Part shown: piece by piece, positions 25,901 through 37,673 of the stretch
Numbering within the stretch: the first letter of the stretch is position 1
Layout: each line of letters starts with the position of its first letter
Assembly: GCA_951406725.2 (NCBI GenBank)
Contig: OX597832.1
Location: forward strand, 40,238,001-40,302,000
DNA from: Octopus vulgaris
Lineage: Eukaryota
Length of the DNA stretch: 64,000 nt
Direction of reading: 5' to 3'
Position numbers and translations under genes: made by a program
The notes under the pieces: generated by a model
Seen by the model: only the letters and a program-made list of their open reading frames with translations
Told to the model about the DNA's origin: nothing
Database searches by the model: none

Positions 25901-28570
25901 AGACTGTTTTTTATTTTTTTTTTGAAATTTTTTTTAAAAATCTGCTTTGAATTTGTAGGTTGTGTCTGGCCAAAATATTGTGTGAAATTGTCCTACTTAT
26001 AACCTTGATGATGATGATGATAATGATGATGATAACGACGACGACAATGAAGTATAATCTTTTTTTCCTGTCCCCCACCACCCCTCTTTGGAATCATATT
26101 CACACAAACAGTGAAATTGTCGTATTTCAGAATATACACCAAATCAAAGCCATCAACTGAAATGTAAGAGTTGAGTGGTGGTGGTGGTGGTGGTGGTGGT
26201 GGTGGGGGAGGGGGGCATACAATCTCACTTTCTGGTAGGGAACTTGGTGGGCGTTTCTGTACGAAAGTAAATCGAAATTTCGTAATATTCCTTTGTTTTG
26301 CAGGGAACAAAGCCTTATTACCGAGACTGTCCATAAATTTCTTGAAAAATAAATACAAATAAGCTCCAAAGATAGCTCAATTATCCACGATTGAAAAATT
26401 ACCAAAATTGTTATTTTCTGTGTACAGTGCAAATGGACTCCATTACGAAACAAAAACAAAAAGATAATTGAACAGTTTATTGGACTCAAGCTTTAAGAAT
26501 AAAGAATAAAGCTTGGTGCAGTGATCTGAGATCTCAAACATTTTAACAAAATAAAACAGAAAAAAAAAAGGGGGTCAAGGTTTTAACCTGATGAGAATAA
26601 AAATTATTAACGTTCTAAACAGTGTTCAGAAACGCCACTAAGTTCTTCAATAATTGGGGTATTTTTTCTGCTCTCTTATAAACTGAATCAATTACCAAAA
26701 CCTCAGACATAATCCAGTTTCACCTAACCTAACCTGACCTGACCTAACCTAATTTTCTGACCCCAAATATGTAACATATCTCGCTGTAATATGTTGCTCT
26801 ACTCTGCCCTTAAATGTTTGGGCTATAACCAAAAAGAAACAACAACCCCAAAAGCACAATAAAACAGTCCTTCTTGTGTTGAAGGGTTGACCTAAATTAC
26901 AATATTACAAGCAAGAATCTTCTCTTATTTTGAATGATACTTTAATTTAAATCTGTTTTCTTTGGTTACCCTCCCCACCCCACCCCCCATCCCTGACCCC
27001 TAAGTAGTGCACCTTTTAGTTGAACCTTGTGTAATTTGTCTATACTTGCTGATGTTGCTATACCAACCACCTGCCCTGTACAAAGATGCTTTGCACCTCT
27101 TGTTTTTTTACCTCCTCTTTGATGTCATGAACACCCCCATCCCTGAAAACCTTAGCTGTAGAAACCTACCAATTGCTCCAGCTTGCCTGTCACACGTTAC
27201 CAACACAAACACCACCAGTTTCTCTCACAGTATTTGCCAACATGTTCGTTTGTTATTAATCACTTTAGGTGTGAGTATTGGCTTATTAAAGATGGCAGTG
27301 GTCAACAGTGTTGGTCTGTATTCAACTATTCCTTCGTTTCTACACTTCCATGTAGCTCAGAAACATACTTGTGTCTCTTGTTTACGTATATATATATATA
27401 TATATATGTATACTGTGTGTGTGTGTGTATAATACATTGCGAGTGAGTATTGTATGTGTACAGCCACGTGTGAATTGTATGCAGTTGTAATTTTGATCAT
27501 GATTTTAAATGCTTACACGTTTTTACACACACACACACAAACACAGCCACTTCATCTTCGTTTTTTTCCTAACACTCACCATCCTGTTGAATATTCATTT
27601 CAGAAATTGTATCATGGCCTTTTTTTTTTTTTTTTTTTTTATAAGAAATTTTTTCTATTGAACATTTCCTGTGATTCACTTTTGTCATCGCCTTTTGTGT
27701 CAATGAGCTTGTCTTAGATTTTTTGTTGGCTTCCTTATGTTTTCTGTTTTTTTAAGATGAGAAAGCATTCTCACTCCCCTCCCTACTCCTACTGTTTATG
27801 ACTGAAAAACCACTGGAGCCAGAATGGAACATCAGCGATCATCATTTAAACCTGATTATTTCTCAAAAGAATCAGATATGCTGCTAGTCTCTTAAAATTA
27901 TTGGGACTACTCGTTTCAAGAACTTCGCACAAGTCGATTTAATTTTCTCTCCTCTACTCCCCCAAAATTCTGTCAACAATTCCTTACTTTCATTCTGCCA
28001 TTTATCGTCACAGCTGTGCCATTACCTGTATGCTGGCTTTCTCAGTCACCTGAGCTGTGTTTTATTTAATAGAAATACATCGACGTTCACATCTTAACGA
28101 TCCTGTTCAGGTATATCTTAGCTTGCTTTAATATCACTTCATATATTGTCTTTGTGTTTGTATTGTTGGACTAATTCTTGATAATACTTGCCTCAAAAGT
28201 TGTTTGTTTTTTTATTATGATTGTGTGTGTGTGTGTGTTTTGTTATATAAATGGGAGAAAAAGTACTCCATTAATTTAATCCAGTTTATTTATTCGTTTG
28301 AAGCTTTTGATCACTGTAGCACCATTCTAAGCTTTTTCACGTGTATGCAGCAGTCATTTTATGTGTGTCTGTGTATATAGATATATATTGAGGTCAACAT
28401 TTTCTTAGGTTTTAGCAAATGTCATTTTGAAGGATATATTCTACTAAATTTAATACACCTTTTTTTTTTGCCAACTTCTCAGTTTAGCTATTATATATTT
28501 GAAAGATTAATTAGGGAGTGGTTAAAGTCCAGTTCAATTGCTACTGTTATTATCACCACTACTTGGAGTA

Positions 28571-28700
28571 TGATGACTTTAAACCTTATAATTGCAGTCA
28601 TTTTATTGTTTATTCTGAGCAAAATACATAACTTGTGATGACTTTAAACCTTATAATTGCAGTCATTTTATTGTTTATTCTGAGCAAAATACATAACTTG
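28571..28700. repeat. Perfect 65-bp tandem duplication
   Basis: TGATGACTTTAAACC...CATAACTTG at 28571 and 28636. Confidence 0.95.
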
Positions 28701-30289
28701 TGTCTAGTTGACTAATCTGTACTATTCTTATGTTTGTAAGTTGGCAGTGAAAGGAACATTCGACTGCAACAGAACAAACCTACTTCGTGTCAGTAAATTT
28801 CATCCCAGCCATGCTAACTTATGAAAATAATTGCCAAATAGTAAAAAGATGAGAAAATGAAATCTTTAGAAATATTAGAGGTTGTTAAGATAGCTTCATT
28901 TCTGTATTATAACTTCTTCATTCATAGAAGATCGAATAAGCATGTGTTCTGGGACCAGATTAAATCTACTCCTTTAATAGTTGAATGTCACATGTTATAT
29001 CGTCCCCTGGTGTAATTATAAACTTAGTCGTTTTAGACAAATACTAAAATTCTCATCGCCTGATTTTTCTTTTACTCTTTATTGGACAAAATGCCTTGCA
29101 GTGTTTCTTCTGGCTCTTTACATTCTGAGTTCAAATCCTCCCCAGGTCAACTTTGCCTTTCATCCTTCCGAGGTTGATAAAATAAAGTACCAGTCAAGTT
29201 CTAGGGTTGATGGTATTGTCTAACTCCCTTCCGCCTAATTTTTGTGCCTATGTAAGAAACCTAATTATTTCCTCTGCAGCCTTTTCACAGAACAGTTGGG
29301 CAAATGGTTGCAGGATGTTTTCATCTTTTTTTTTTAATCCCTTCATCTAGGTTGTTGGTTGGGGTTTCTTTTTCTGGTTTTTTTTTTTGGTGGGTGGGTT
29401 TTTGGGGTATGCTTTATTGGTTAATCTGAAGAAGATGTGAGTCAGTGCCCCAAGAGGGGAGGAGGGAATAGAGTAAACTGGTTGATTGCGGTGTGAGGTT
29501 TGTACATAAAAGCAACATAGGGTGTGGCGGAGGGGTGTGTTTACTGTCTATGCACCCTTAACCCCCTTCTTCACCAATCCATCTATGTTGTGTGAATCTG
29601 CTGTATAGTATTGGTCACTTCTTTCTAGTTATGTGGCTGTGTGTTTCGTCAGTCTGTCTGCGAGAGAGAGAGAGAGAGAAGTCTAATGTTGGCATGTTTG
29701 TTTAAACAAATGTTTACTACACTCGGTGCAAATCTAGTTGTTACTATTTTACTAGTTTGTGTGGAGGGGAGGTGGGAGTTATAATATCCCCCACCTACCC
29801 ACCCATTTATCATTCCCTCTAAAAAACAAAAATATGAAACAAACCTATTTTAGGTGTTCTTTGACCTATGAAAAAGTGAACGATACAAAAAAAAATATAT
29901 CATTTAAGCTTGTTCTTCTCCTCCCAGTCCCCTATCATTGTTTGGCAAGTATTGAAACCTAACCTTCCAGTTTATAAGTTGTGATGCAGTATGCCTGGTC
30001 TTTTTTTTTTTGTCTTAAGTGGGAGGGGGGAGAAAACATGTTTTTTTATTTGTTTTATTTTTTATTTTTATTTTGCAAAAATTTTTTTTTTGTATTCTAT
30101 GTAAAGAAAAAATATAAAATGAATAAAAAAAAATAATAATATTCAAAAATGTTTTTAAATTGGAAAAAAAAATTACAAATGAAGACTTTAAACAAACTGA
30201 AACCTAAATAAAATATAAACACCATCATTATCTTTTCTTTTATTTTCTTTTTTTCCATATTTGGAACCAGTCTTGTAAATAAAAGATTA

Positions 30290-31146
30290 AGCATCAACAT
30301 CAAGATACACAACTCCATCATAACAACAGACATCCACTACAAAAAAATCAACACACACCAATATTTGAATTTCTACTCCTGCCACCCATCCCACATACAA
30401 TGAAACATCCCATATAGTATGGCAAGATGCATATGCAGCATAGTAACCGATTCACAAACATGCCTAATAAGACTAGATGAACTTAAAAACTTCCTACTAG
30501 AAGAAAGATACCCACTCAAACTAATAAAAAATGGAATCACAAGAGCAATGAAACTGGACATCACACAACTCAGAACTCCAAAAAACAAAGAAAACATCAT
30601 CCCTTTCATAAACACACACAACCCTGGAGTTACCAACATGTTTCAAATCATACATTCAAACTTACCAATAGTCCTACGAAGCCCCAAAATGGGAAACATA
30701 TTAAACAAATATTGCATAAAAAACAGTAAATGAAAAGACAAAACCTGAAGAAACAACTAACAAGAGCGAAATTCTCATCAGAGACTAAAACCGAATTCTT
30801 TGTAAAAGAGTGTGGAGATGGTAGATGTGGGATCTGCAGTAACCCCACCTACAAATATATAGAGGGAGACAAACAAATAAAATTTAAGAGTGGTCACATA
30901 TTCAAAGTAAATGCAGACATGAATTGCAAGATGCAGAACGTAATATACTGCATAACCTGTCCCACATGCAAGGTGCATTATATAGGCAAAACTGGAAATT
31001 CTTTATGCCGAGGAGCCAGAATTCACCAGCAACATGTCCGACAGGAGGAACTGTGAAAGATTCCACTGCCAAAAAATGACACCTCCTTCTGGAGAAATAT
31101 GGAAAAATACTTCATAACAAAGTTCTCCCCCAAATTGAATGGCTGA
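30290..31146 (+). mobile_element. Penelope-like element, RT thumb plus GIY-YIG endonuclease, decayed
   Basis: TDIHYKKINTHQYLNFYSCHP..IPYSMA; CGDGRCGIC; NVIYCITCPTCKVHYIGKTG; C-terminal EKYFITKFSPKLNG*; in-frame stops. Confidence 0.9.
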
Positions 31147-31747
31147 AAATATTTCTATAATAATTTGTACTAGATGACGGACCCATGCCAGTGACACGTA
31201 AAAAGCACCATTCGAACGTGGTAGTTGCCAGCGTCATATGGCCCCTGTGCCGGTGGCACGTAAAAAGCACCCACAACACTCATGGAATGGTTGGCATTAG
31301 GAAGGGCATCCAGCTGTAGAAACACTGCCAGATCAGACTGGAGCCTGGTGCAGCCTCCTGGCATCCCAGACCCTGGTCAAACCATCCAACCCATGCTAGC
31401 ATGGAAAACGGACGTTAAACGATGATGATGATACACACAGACACATATAAGCACACATACACACACAAACTCATATGCATAGACACATTCAAACACGCAT
31501 CCACAAAGAAGCAGAGGTACACACACAAACACACGCATATATACACAAACAAATAAGCATACACACACACATAAACATATGACTTTGCAGTGGTTGTTAT
31601 TAATGTCATTCAGGGCCGATGTCGGTGCCAGATTGTATGATTTGTTCAGTTCTTTCCTTGGGAATGTGTTGTAATCCTCAATGGTGATGGGGTACATGTT
31701 TCCTGTTTTGTCCAAGAATATGTGTAATTTGGGTAATTACCCAAATT

Positions 31748-32300
31748 CATCATCATCATCATCATTGTTCGACCGTGGTCGAGACAATGGAATTTACCAT
31801 GCTACGCCAGACTTCACGGTCCATCATAGCATTACGGAGGTCCTGTTGCTGGATGCCTGTATCCCTGGAGATTACATCAGGGTAGGAGAGTGTGTGCCCT
31901 CTGGTATTGCGAGTAGATGGCTTCCAGAGGAGAAGAGGAGAAATTACCTCTTTTTCAGCTCTACAACAATGTCCAGCAAACTGGACTCTCCTACCTTTCA
32001 CAAGAGATGTTACAGGTGGTAGTTTCCCATATATTTGCATTTTGGTTGGATCGCGCTTCCACGAGAGATTTTGAGCTCTCATAAAGAGGCGAGTGTAGGT
32101 TCCATCCAACCGCCTCTCAAGCTTCTTTGATAACGTCCAGGTTTCTGAGCCATATAGTAGAATTGGTTCGACTGTGGCTTTGAAGATTTCAAGTTTGAAG
32201 TCTCTACTTAGATTTGATGACCAGATCTTATGCATGTCATTACAGGCTGACCAGGCCATACCCTTTCTAGTTAGAAAGTCTTTTCCAGATGATGATACCC
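31748..32300 (-). mobile_element. RTE-clade LINE 3' fragment
   Basis: KLEIFKATVEPILLYGSETWTL..R..FAGHC..DREVWR followed by a (TGA)n tail. Confidence 0.88.
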
Positions 32301-32636
32301 AAATTACACACATAAACATATGAATACACAGAATACAAACATATACACACACACACAACAAGATCTCAAGCAGATCACAAACATGGCTTCTGTAATAGAC
32401 TAAGTCAATAATCAACAAAAAAGTTACAAGTAGCAACAAAAGAGCTTTGACAAAAAAAACAAGAATCAATCAATCAGTTTCTTGGATATTACTAATTGAC
32501 CAATAATAAAGGAGTGGAACCGATCCAGTGTGTGTGTTAATATTGGCATAATGACCCTCCCTAGATACAACAAAATTTGTTTCAACTCATTAATTCACAT
32601 AAAGTGTCTTGCAAACCAGATACAAAAACGAAGACG

Positions 32637-32642
<6 letters not shown>

Positions 32643-32682
<40 letters not shown>

Positions 32683-33215
32683 CATGTTTGTGTGTGTATA
32701 AATATATGTATATATACATGTGTGTGTGTATAAATATATGTATGTATACATGTCTGTGTGTATAAATATATGTATGTATACATGTGTGTGTGTATAAATA
32801 TATGTATGTATACATATGTGTGTGTGTGTATAAATATATATATATACATGTGTGTGTGTATAAATATATGTATGTATACATATGTGTGTGTGTGTATAAA
32901 TATATATATATACATGTGTGTGTGTATAAATATATATATATATATATATATTGCCAGATTAGACTGGAGTCTGGTGCAGCCTCCTGGCTTCCCAGGCCCC
33001 AGTTGAACCGTCCAACCCATGCTAGCATGGAAAACGGACGTTAAACGATGATGATGATATATATACATATGTGTGTGTATAAATATATATATATATGTGT
33101 GTGTGTGTGTGTATATATATATATGTGTGTATATATATATATGTGTATATATATTTGTGTGTGTGTGTATATATATATATGTTTGTATATTATATATGTA
33201 TATATATATGTATAT
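32643..33215. repeat. (TA)/(TG) microsatellite with an embedded family C fragment
   Basis: Direct inspection. Confidence 0.95.
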
Positions 33216-33440
33216 AATAGAAATATTAAAATTACTAAGTCTCTCTAAAGGAGATTACGGCAGCGTTACTGGATATTAATAGTTATCGCCATATTAATAT
33301 GGCAGTCTTATAAGACTAAAGCTGTCGCTGATTAGCTCCAAGAGGCCATCGCCTCTAGCTAGCTATATGACACACGAACCTGCGTCCATTACAACCTTCG
33401 AACAGGGGAGGTCAGCCGCTTCACCTTGCTAGTCAGACAT

Positions 33441-33481
33441 CTGCAGACATGTTTCAGGGTTGTTGCCCTTTATCAATGCAG
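33441..33481 (-). ncRNA. Minimal type I hammerhead ribozyme (U3-A8 variant, GUC cleavage triplet)
   Basis: Minus strand reads CTGCA-TTGATAA-AGGG caacaa CCCT-GAAA-CATG-TC-TGCAG: 5-bp stem I, 4-bp stem II, palindromic stem III ACATGT. Confidence 0.8.
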
Positions 33482-33535
33482 CGTAGCCAGACTCAGCAGG
33501 TGTCACTTCTGACCATCTGTGCATTGCAAGATAGG

Positions 33536-35408
33536 TGCACTACAAGATAGGACCCCTCCTCCAAAAGGATGGCTCCCTCACAGACAGTCCAACAAAGATC
33601 AGTGAGATGCTGAATGACCAGTTCAAAAGTGTCTTTACCACCCCATTGGAACACAGACAAGTGAACGAACCAGTGGACTTCTTTGTCGCCTCACCTATAA
33701 CCAGCGAGGCGGTTACAATAGAATGTATTGACATTAGCGAAAAAGATGTCCTACTAGCCATAGATGAAGTGGACACAAACTCAGCTGCTGGTCCAGATGG
33801 TTTCCCAGCCATCCTCCTCAAAGCGTGTAAGCATGCCCTGGCAAAACCCCTCAAGATTCTCTTCCAGAGCTTTCTTGTGAATGGTAAACTGCCAAGCAAG
33901 CTGAAGGAGGGAATAATATGCCCAATACATAAAGGGAGAAGTAGAGCAGATGCCAAAAACTATAGGCCTATCTCTCTGACTTCACACATCAGCAAAGTCA
34001 TGGAACGGATAGTCAGAAAGAAACTAATCGCATTCCTTGAGGAAAATAACTTGCTGAGTGATACCCAGCATGGTTTTCGACCAGGTTAGGAGCTGCCTGA
34101 CCCAGCTCTTACAACATTATGACTGGGTGTTGAGGCAGTTACTCAACAAATCAAATGTGGACGTAATCTACCTTGATTTTGCAAAAGCTTTTGACAAGGT
34201 GGATCATGGTATGATATGCCACAAACTGCGTGACCTCGGCATAGCTGGAAAACTTGGAGTGTGGTTACATGACTTCCTGAAAGATAGGAGTCAGGCAGTA
34301 ATGGTTAATGGAGCCACCTCTATGAACACACAAATAGTGAGCGATGTTCCACAGGGCACTGTCTTGGGACCACTGCTTTTTATAGTGGCCCTCTCAGATA
34401 TGCCCGGATAGCCACTCTGGCCAGCTATGCAGACGATACGAAAGTCTCGCAGAAAATACAGAACCCCAGCGATGTTGCACACCTGCAGCAGGAGTTGGAC
34501 TCAATCTACAGATGGGCTGAGGATAATAATATGCAGTTTAATGCTGAAAAATTCCAGGCCCTGTGCTACCAGATCCAAAACTGAATATTAAACTTACAGG
34601 ATACACCGGTCCACAGGGAATTTCAATCCCAGAGCCTATGTCTGTGAGGGACCTGGGTATCGACATGAGTGATGATACCTCTTTCCAAGTGCACATTACC
34701 AGGATGGTGACAAAGTGCAGACGACTGGCTGGGTGGATCCTAAAAACATTCAGAACCAGAGATAAGGAAACCATGATGGTCCTCTGGCGGACATTCGTCC
34801 TCAGCCGCCTGGATTACTGCTCACAGCAATGGTCACCCACCAGCATAAAATTAACAGCGGACCTTGAAGCAATCCAGAGAAGATTCACAAAGAAGATCGT
34901 CTCTTTGCAACAGCTCAGCTACTGGGAAAGGTTGAAACAGCTAAGACTCTACTCCCTGGAGAGAAGACGGGAGAGGTATGCAGTAATATATGTCTGGAAG
35001 ATCCTGGAGGGAATTATGCCAAATTTTGGCATTGTAAGCTACACCAATGCTAGAACGGGACGCCACTGCATAGTGCCAAAGATCCCAGCAATGCCATCAC
35101 ACTTCAGGACCAGTTTCTGCAACAGCCTGGGTTTCAAGGGCCCACAGCTTTTTAATATTCTCCCAAAGAGTCTGAGGAACTTGCACAAAGTAGATGTAGC
35201 GGTTTTTAAATCAAAGCTGGACATCTTCCTGTCAAGAGTCCCAGATGAACCTACCTCACGGCAAGAGGTGCAAATGAGAGTAGCTATATCAAACTCCATT
35301 CTTCACCAAGTGTCACATATTAGACGAGGTTCTTCGTAATAACAGTGTAGCACAAAACGGCGGTGCATCAGCATGGCCGCAGCTCTGAGCTGAAACAAGA
35401 AAAAAAAA
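33536..35408 (+). mobile_element. CR1/L2-group LINE, 5'-truncated ORF2 (RT) with intact 3' end, frameshifted
   Basis: AAGPDGF, NYRPISLTS, QHGFR, YLDFAKAFDKVDH, VPQGTVLGPLLF, YADD, LDYCSQ.WSP, LERRR; 3' tail GGCCGCAGCTCTGAGCTGAAACAAG(A)n. Confidence 0.93.
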
Positions 35409-35413
35409 TATGC

Positions 35414-35469
<56 letters not shown>

Positions 35470-35476
35470 ATATATG

Positions 35477-35507
<31 letters not shown>

Positions 35508-35701
35508 ATATATGTATATATATATATATATATACATGTATGTATATATGTATATATATATATATATAAAATACATGTATGTATATATGTATATATGTAT
35601 ATATATATATATACATGTATGTATATATGTATATATGTATATATATATATATATATATATAATGTATGTATATATGTATATATATATATATATAATTATA
35701 T

Positions 35702-35743
<42 letters not shown>

Positions 35744-35991
35744 TACATGTATGTATATATGTATATATATATATATACATGTATGTATATATGTATATAT
35801 ATATATACATACATGTATGTATATATGTATATATATATATATACATGTATGTATATATATATATATATGTATGTATATATATATATATACATGTATGTAT
35901 ATATGTATATATATATATATATATACATGTATGTATATATATATATATACATGTATGTATATATGTATATATATATATATATACATGTATG

Positions 35992-36031
<40 letters not shown>

Positions 36032-36109
36032 TACATGTATATATATATATATATACATGTATATATATATATATATACATGTATATATATATATATATAT
36101 ATGTATGTA

Positions 36110-36141
<32 letters not shown>

Positions 36142-36168
36142 CATGTGTATATATATATATATATATAC

Positions 36169-36214
<46 letters not shown>

Positions 36215-36270
36215 GTATATATACATATATGTATATATACATATATGTATGTATATATATATATATGTAT
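35409..36270. repeat. Compound (TA)n/(TATG)/(CATG) microsatellite
   Basis: ~860 bp of TA-based repeat; source of the spurious YIYI ORFs. Confidence 0.98.
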
Positions 36271-36322
36271 GAAAAAACAAGTCAAGATAGAAAATGCTAA
36301 AATAACTTTATAAAGAAGATTT

Positions 36323-36359
36323 CAGTACCGGTTTCGGTCATTCGAGACCTTTTCAACTG
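36323..36359 (-). ncRNA. Minimal type I hammerhead ribozyme (U3-A8 variant, GUA triplet)
   Basis: Minus strand reads CAG-TTGAAAA-GGTC tcgaat GACC-GAAA-CCGG-TA-CTG; palindromic stem III ACCGGT. Confidence 0.72.
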
Positions 36360-37149
36360 TAATGATTAAATAATTAAATTTAGAAAAATTAAAAGAAAAG
36401 TTTTTTTAAAGGATTTTGTATAGTGTTGGTTTCTTTGTCCTGTTTTTATTCTTTGTGTACTGTATTTTTTTTGTATTTGTATTTTTATTTGTAATTGTAT
36501 TTTATTTGTATTGCTTTTATATCCTGTTCTTGTCACATTTTTTTTCTTTCCTTGTTTTTACCCCTCTGCAAAGGAATTTTATTTAATTCCTCTGCAGGAA
36601 GGACTGAATCGACGGGTCGTGTTCTGTCCTTACCTTCGAAACACGCTTTGAGTCGATCCAGGGGCAGCTGATGAAGGGGAATTTTCCTTGTATTGTTTGT
36701 CTTCTACTCTGTTTTTTTGTTGTTAAAAAAAGTCCGTTTCCTAGTTGTTTTTATATTTTCGTTTCTCATTGTGTTCTACGTTTATTTGTGGTGTCCTGTA
36801 CTCATATATATATAATATATATATGCATGTATATATACCTGTAGATGTAGGTACGTACATATATGTATGTATGTATGCATATATTTTATTTATTACATTA
36901 TTGTATATATGTGTGTATGTATATATATATGTGTGTGTATGTATATATATATGTGTGTGTGTATATATATGTATATATATATATATGTAAGTATATATAT
37001 ATATATGTATGTATATATATATATGTATGTGTGTGTGTATATATATATGTGTGTGTATATATATATATACAGATGAATATGGTACTTAAGTTAAAGGCAC
37101 CAGAATTTAGTATGGTATTATCCATACAATTTAAAATAAGGTGATTATA

Positions 37150-37334
37150 ATCAGAATAAGCAACAAGGATATCCAGAGGTAATGCAGTACGATCATTTCA
37201 TGCGACTCCATTTAATTGAACAATGTAAACATTACATTTTAAATTGATGTCATGTTTACATTGTTCATTTAAATGGAGTCACATGAAACGATCATACTGC
37301 ATTACCTCTGGATATCCTTGTTGCTTATTTTGAT
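37150..37334. repeat. 185-bp imperfect palindrome just downstream of the PRCP-A stop
   Basis: ATAAGCAACAAGGATATCCAGAGGTAATGCAGTA.. / ..TACTGCATTACCTCTGGATATCCTTGTTGCTTAT; centre near 37242. Confidence 0.9.
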
Positions 37335-37449
37335 ATAGATATATATATATATGATTGCAGAAAATACTTTACTGGTAAAAATCTTACCATGAATGAATAA
37401 AATTTAAAATGTCTATATTTCAAAACAAAATGTCCACATATTTTAGGAT

Positions 37450-37642
37450 TTATTTTGATTTCAGCCATTTCCTTATGTACATCTTCTCTATATTCCTTGC
37501 TTCTATTACAGATGGTGGGTCATGGATATTCTTGGATCTTAGATCCAAATGGTGTGCTGCTTCAGGAATGATGATAGATATTAGGGTGTCAGAAATATTT
37601 TTATGGACTCCAAGGGCTGAATAGGGGTCAAGCAATCCATTG
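37450..37642 (-). CDS. PRCP: PRCP copy A exon 9 (catalytic Asp and His, stop)
   Basis: ttccag|(S)NGLLDPYSALGV...AAHHLDLRSKNIHDPPSVIEARNIEKMYIRKWLKSK*; the 9 exons sum to 1485 nt = 494 aa + stop with no frameshift. Confidence 0.96.
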
Positions 37643-37673
37643 CTGGAATTAAATTTATTTAAATAAATAAATA

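Noticed and set aside
26722-26752. (CCTAA/CCTGA)n resembling arthropod TTAGG telomere repeat
   Set aside because: Only about 6 mixed units; indistinguishable from a simple repeat
35313-36313. Long 190-309 aa ORFs (YIYI/MYVY)
   Set aside because: Translations of TA microsatellite in several frames; the same applies to the HT/CV ORFs at 3487-3853 and 32530-33279
36660-36700. CTGATGA followed by a hairpin on +
   Set aside because: The GAAA box is missing after stem II
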